Assembly (NCBI GenBank): GCA_963827685.1
Contig: CAWHBU010000004.1
Span: 64,001 to 128,000 of the forward strand
Length of the DNA: 64,000 nt
Direction of reading: 5' to 3'
Origin: an uncultured delta proteobacterium
GTDB lineage: Bacteria; Desulfobacterota; BSN033; UBA1163
Each line of letters begins with the position of its first letter. The first letter of the stretch is position 1. Of the stretch, positions 61,601 through 64,000 are shown one piece after another. The notes under the pieces were generated by a model, which was given only the letters and a program-made list of their open reading frames with translations, made no database searches and was not told the origin of the DNA. The position numbers and the translations under genes are program-made.

Positions 61601-63274
61601 GGAGCCTTTATTTGTAGTTGTGGAACAAATATCGCTGGAACTGTGGATGTCAAGGAAGTTGTTGAATTTACGAAATCCCTTCCGGGAGTTGTCCACGTTG
61701 AGAATACCATCTACACCTGTTCTGCAGACTCCTTAAAGTTGATCCAGGAGAGAGTGAAGGAACTCGGTCTGAATCGTGTTGTGGTGGCTTCCTGTACACC
61801 GAGGACGCATGAGCCGCTCTTTCGAGACACGATCCGTGAAGTCGGTCTTAATCCATACCTTTTTGAGATGGCAAATATCCGTGACCAATGCTCCTGGGTC
61901 CACATGAACCTTAAAGCAGAGGCGACTGAGAAGGCAAAGAACCTTGTCCGGATGGCCATTGCCTGCTCCAGGAATTTAGAGCCTCTCCATCAAGTCCCGC
62001 GTAGTTTAGTTCACAGCTGTCTCGTCGTGGGAGGTGGTTTGGCTGGGATGGTAGCAGCCCTGAGCATGGCAGAACAAGGGTATCAAGTCTTTCTAATTGA
62101 GAGAGAAAAGGAGTTGGGTGGAAGGCTTCGACAAATCTTTTACAGCGGAAATGGTGGAGACCCACAGACTTATTTGAGGGAATTGGTGAAGAGGGTCGAG
62201 AGCCATCCAAAGATTGAGGTTCTAAAAGGCTATCAGGTTGTGGAACATGAAGGAGCAGTAGGAAATTTTAAGACGAAGGTTGCCAACGGTTCCACTCAAA
62301 GAGTCTTAGACCATGGAACCACGATCATTGCCACGGGTGGAAAAGAGTATCGAGGCAAAGCTTATTCCTTAGGGGAAGATTCAAAGGTAATTACCCAGCA
62401 GGAATTTGAGAAACGTATCTCCCTTTCCGATCCCACGCTTTCAAAAGCCAAATCCATTGTGATGATTCAATGTGTAGGCCCGTGGGATGAAGATCCTGCT
62501 AAAATTTTCTACTGCAGCCGTATCTGTTGCAATGTGGCAGTTAAGAATGCAATCAGGATAAAGGAACTTTGTCCCGAAGCTTCAGTGACTATCCTTTATA
62601 AAGATATGAGAACCTATGGTTTCAAAGAAGCCTTCTATACTCAGGCGAGGGAGAAGGGGGTTCTATTCGTACGGTTTGATGAAAAGAAAAAACCCTCTGT
62701 TGCACTTGCCAATGGTCAGTTGTCTGTCCAAATAGAGGATCCTATGCTTCATCTTCCCCTCTCGCTCCATCCAGACCTTCTGGTTCTCTCTGAAGCAGTG
62801 GTTCCTAATGAAGGGAGCAAGGAACTGGCGAATCTCTTTAAGTTCCCCCTGACATTGGATGGGTTTTTCTTAGAGGCTCATGTCAAATTGAGGCCAGTCG
62901 ATTTTGCAACGGATGGTCTCTATCTCTGCGGAATGGCCCACTATCCGAAATCAATCAATGAAACCATTTCTCAAGCAGAAGCTGCCTCAGCCCGAGCTGC
63001 CACAATCCTTTCTCAAGAAGCACTCCAGGTCGGCGGAGTGGTAGCGGTCGTGGAGGGCGAGCGGTGTGCGGCCTGTTTGACCTGTGTGAGAGTGTGTCCC
63101 TATGAGGTACCGGTCATCAATGTGAAAGGCGAGGCAGAGATTGACCTGGCAAAGTGCAAAGGCTGTGGCAGTTGCGCGGCCGAGTGCCCGGCCAGGGCCA
63201 TTGAGCTGATGCACTTCAGGGATCTTCAATTGTGGGCCAAGTGCGAAGCCCTAATCATAGAGAGTAGAGCGTAG
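58694..63274 (+). CDS. hdrA: Large HdrA-like (HdrL-type) flavo-FeS protein with inserted GltD-like NAD(P)H domain
   Basis: GGGIAG, DKTFPTNDC, GRVCNHPCE, GAGPAG, GGGNVA, CSSVCC, ASCTPRTHE, ANIRDQCSWVH, terminal 2x4Fe-4S. Confidence 0.9.
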   Translation: MSPNENRKIGAALVVGGGIAGIQAALDLANSGIKVYLLEHSPAIGGKMAQLDKTFPTNDCAMCIVSPKLVEAGRHLNIEIITNSELVSLEGEAGHFKANIRKHPRYVDMSKCTSCNDCTEVCPILLPNEFNEGLDQRKAIYRPYPQAVPNTFLVTKRGTSPCKNTCPAETSAQGYIALIQAGRYKEALDVVKEYNPFPASVGRVCNHPCEEKCNRGKLDSPVAICSLKRFVADWVYEHRDQLEKQITPHASRLTLDAPKEEPVRPKAKVAIVGAGPAGLSCAHQLSRMGYQTTIFEALPVAGGMMRVGIPSYRLPRDVLQREIDEILNHPLVALKLNTPIRNINSLFDAGYSAVFLAMGAHEPQKLGIPGEDALGVHYGVPFLQAVSLAERHGVMEGFEDRFLIAFGIPIAPKVGEKTIVIGGGNVAIDAARTALRLGAKGVSILYRRSRDEMPANSWEIEEAEREGIEIQILTSPVEVLVKDGRVSGVRCIKMELGEPDASGRRRPIPIKGSEFIVPGDTMIASVAQAPEISFLDESHGLEVTPKGTFAVDPLTLTTNRPGVFAGGDVARGPWILIQAIADGRRGALSIDRYLRGVDLLTPREQIPLPVVDLSKEEINQMVEEGKVDLTLRTAVPMLPKEDRIRDFREVELVLTEEQAKKEAARCLACGICSECHLCVQVCKREAIDHQQADLMEELGVGSVILSPGYSLYRPELSPELGYGRYNNVVTSMEFERMLSASGPWGGHVTRRSSDHREPKKIAFLQCVGSREKERDYCSSVCCMYATKEAMLAMEHIPGVEIKIFQMDMRAFGKGFDAYFERGKEKGIQYIPCRISGLEEDPETKDILIQYESSNGSHTVNKEERVDLAILSIGMAALPDAQMLAKASGIELDPHQFCFTRDFQPIETSRSGVYACGAFTEPKDIPDSVIQASGAAAKALSVIGEARGTLVRKKEYPPEREVPPDEEPRIGAFICSCGTNIAGTVDVKEVVEFTKSLPGVVHVENTIYTCSADSLKLIQERVKELGLNRVVVASCTPRTHEPLFRDTIREVGLNPYLFEMANIRDQCSWVHMNLKAEATEKAKNLVRMAIACSRNLEPLHQVPRSLVHSCLVVGGGLAGMVAALSMAEQGYQVFLIEREKELGGRLRQIFYSGNGGDPQTYLRELVKRVESHPKIEVLKGYQVVEHEGAVGNFKTKVANGSTQRVLDHGTTIIATGGKEYRGKAYSLGEDSKVITQQEFEKRISLSDPTLSKAKSIVMIQCVGPWDEDPAKIFYCSRICCNVAVKNAIRIKELCPEASVTILYKDMRTYGFKEAFYTQAREKGVLFVRFDEKKKPSVALANGQLSVQIEDPMLHLPLSLHPDLLVLSEAVVPNEGSKELANLFKFPLTLDGFFLEAHVKLRPVDFATDGLYLCGMAHYPKSINETISQAEAASARAATILSQEALQVGGVVAVVEGERCAACLTCVRVCPYEVPVINVKGEAEIDLAKCKGCGSCAAECPARAIELMHFRDLQLWAKCEALIIESRA

Positions 63275-63337
63275 AAAGTGGAGAGTGGTTAAAACCATCT
63301 TCTACTTTCCACCTTCCACATTCCGAGAGGAGTTGTG

Positions 63338-63817
63338 ATGCCAGAGGCAGTTCAGAAAGAATCACAAATCACGAGTTACGAATCACCAATCACGCAGTTT
63401 GAGCCCGAGATCTTGGCCCTTTGTTGTGAGCATTGAGCTTATAGCGCCGCGGACCTGGCAGGTTCGATGAGGCTCAACTACCCTACGAATGTGAAGATAG
63501 TGAAGGTTCCCTGTACGGGGAGAGTAGATATTTTATTGATTCTTCATGCCTTTGAGTCGGGGGTGGATGGGGTTTACCTGGCGGGGTGTTTGGAAGGAGA
63601 GTGCCACTTCTTGAGAGGTAATCTCAGAGCCAAGAAGAGAGTTCAGTATGTGAAAGGTTTATTGGATGAGGTGGGATTAGGTAAGGATCGTATCGAGATG
63701 TACAACATGAGCTCGGCACAGGGTCAGCGCTTTGCCGAAGTAGCCCGTGAGATGACCGAGAAGGTAAGAGCTTTGGGGCCATCACCGGCCAAGAAGAACG
63801 TGAAGCGTGAATCGTGA
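63338..63817 (+). CDS. mvhD: MvhD/FlpD [2Fe-2S] subunit, selenoprotein (UGA 63434-63436)
   Basis: ATG 63338 with GAGGAG RBS; ILALCCEH-UGA-AYSAADLAG; PCTGR, GCLEGECH; hairpin GGACCT-GGC-AGGTTC downstream of the UGA. Confidence 0.9.
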
Positions 63818-63886
63818 TTGGTGAATCGTATAAAGAACCGAGTCACGAGTCACGAATCACCAATCACGTATTTTGGGAGGAAATCA

Positions 63887-64000
63887 ATGATCGTAGCGAA
63901 CCGGAAGTCATTGGAAGAGATTCTGAATATGCTCAAGCCCTACAAAAAGGTACTTCTATTGGGTTGTAATGAGTGTGTGACAGTGTGTGCTGCCGGAGGA
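63887..64000 (+). CDS. metV: MetV (MTHFR small subunit), runs off the window
   Basis: MIVANRKSLEEI...LLGCNECVTVCAAGG; GGGAGG RBS; after hdrA-mvhD. Confidence 0.8.
   Translation, partial: MIVANRKSLEEILNMLKPYKKVLLLGCNECVTVCAAGG

Overview
Chromosomal window from an anaerobic bacterium, most likely Desulfobacterota/deltaproteobacterial. This is inferred from gene content: hdrA-mvhD-metV, korDABC, mtrAB, cytochrome c3 remnant and UGA-Sec use. Gene order: ftsEX-envC-ctpA-divergent polysaccharide deacetylase; a sigma54-preceded copper/metal island (cusCBA, copA, cysK, DUF302, PCYCGC protein, degP); IS200; metY-metX-metW plus a radical SAM enzyme; mtrAB; a decayed accessory island (argG' to ~39.95 kb); fabF-icd-korDABC; panC/dnk/proC; two-component genes including a receiver-FNT channel fusion; and metF-like-hdrA-mvhD-metV. 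Main discoveries: (1) two tandem Met/Cys-rich leader-peptide transcription attenuators upstream of metY, missed by the ORF track; (2) a PCYCGC-family protein with an in-frame UGA and SECIS-like hairpin (UxxC selenoprotein) in the copper island, plus a Sec-MvhD; (3) an integrase-less integron cassette array (4 attC sites) carrying HEPN, DUF4145, Shedu-like and protease cargo, hit twice by an IS end exactly at the attC GTT; (4) a pervasive family of 7/8-mer-periodic palindromic intergenic repeats, with nested REP-like elements; (5) a sigma54-driven three-way-junction RNA candidate. All family calls come from motif recognition, not database searches.
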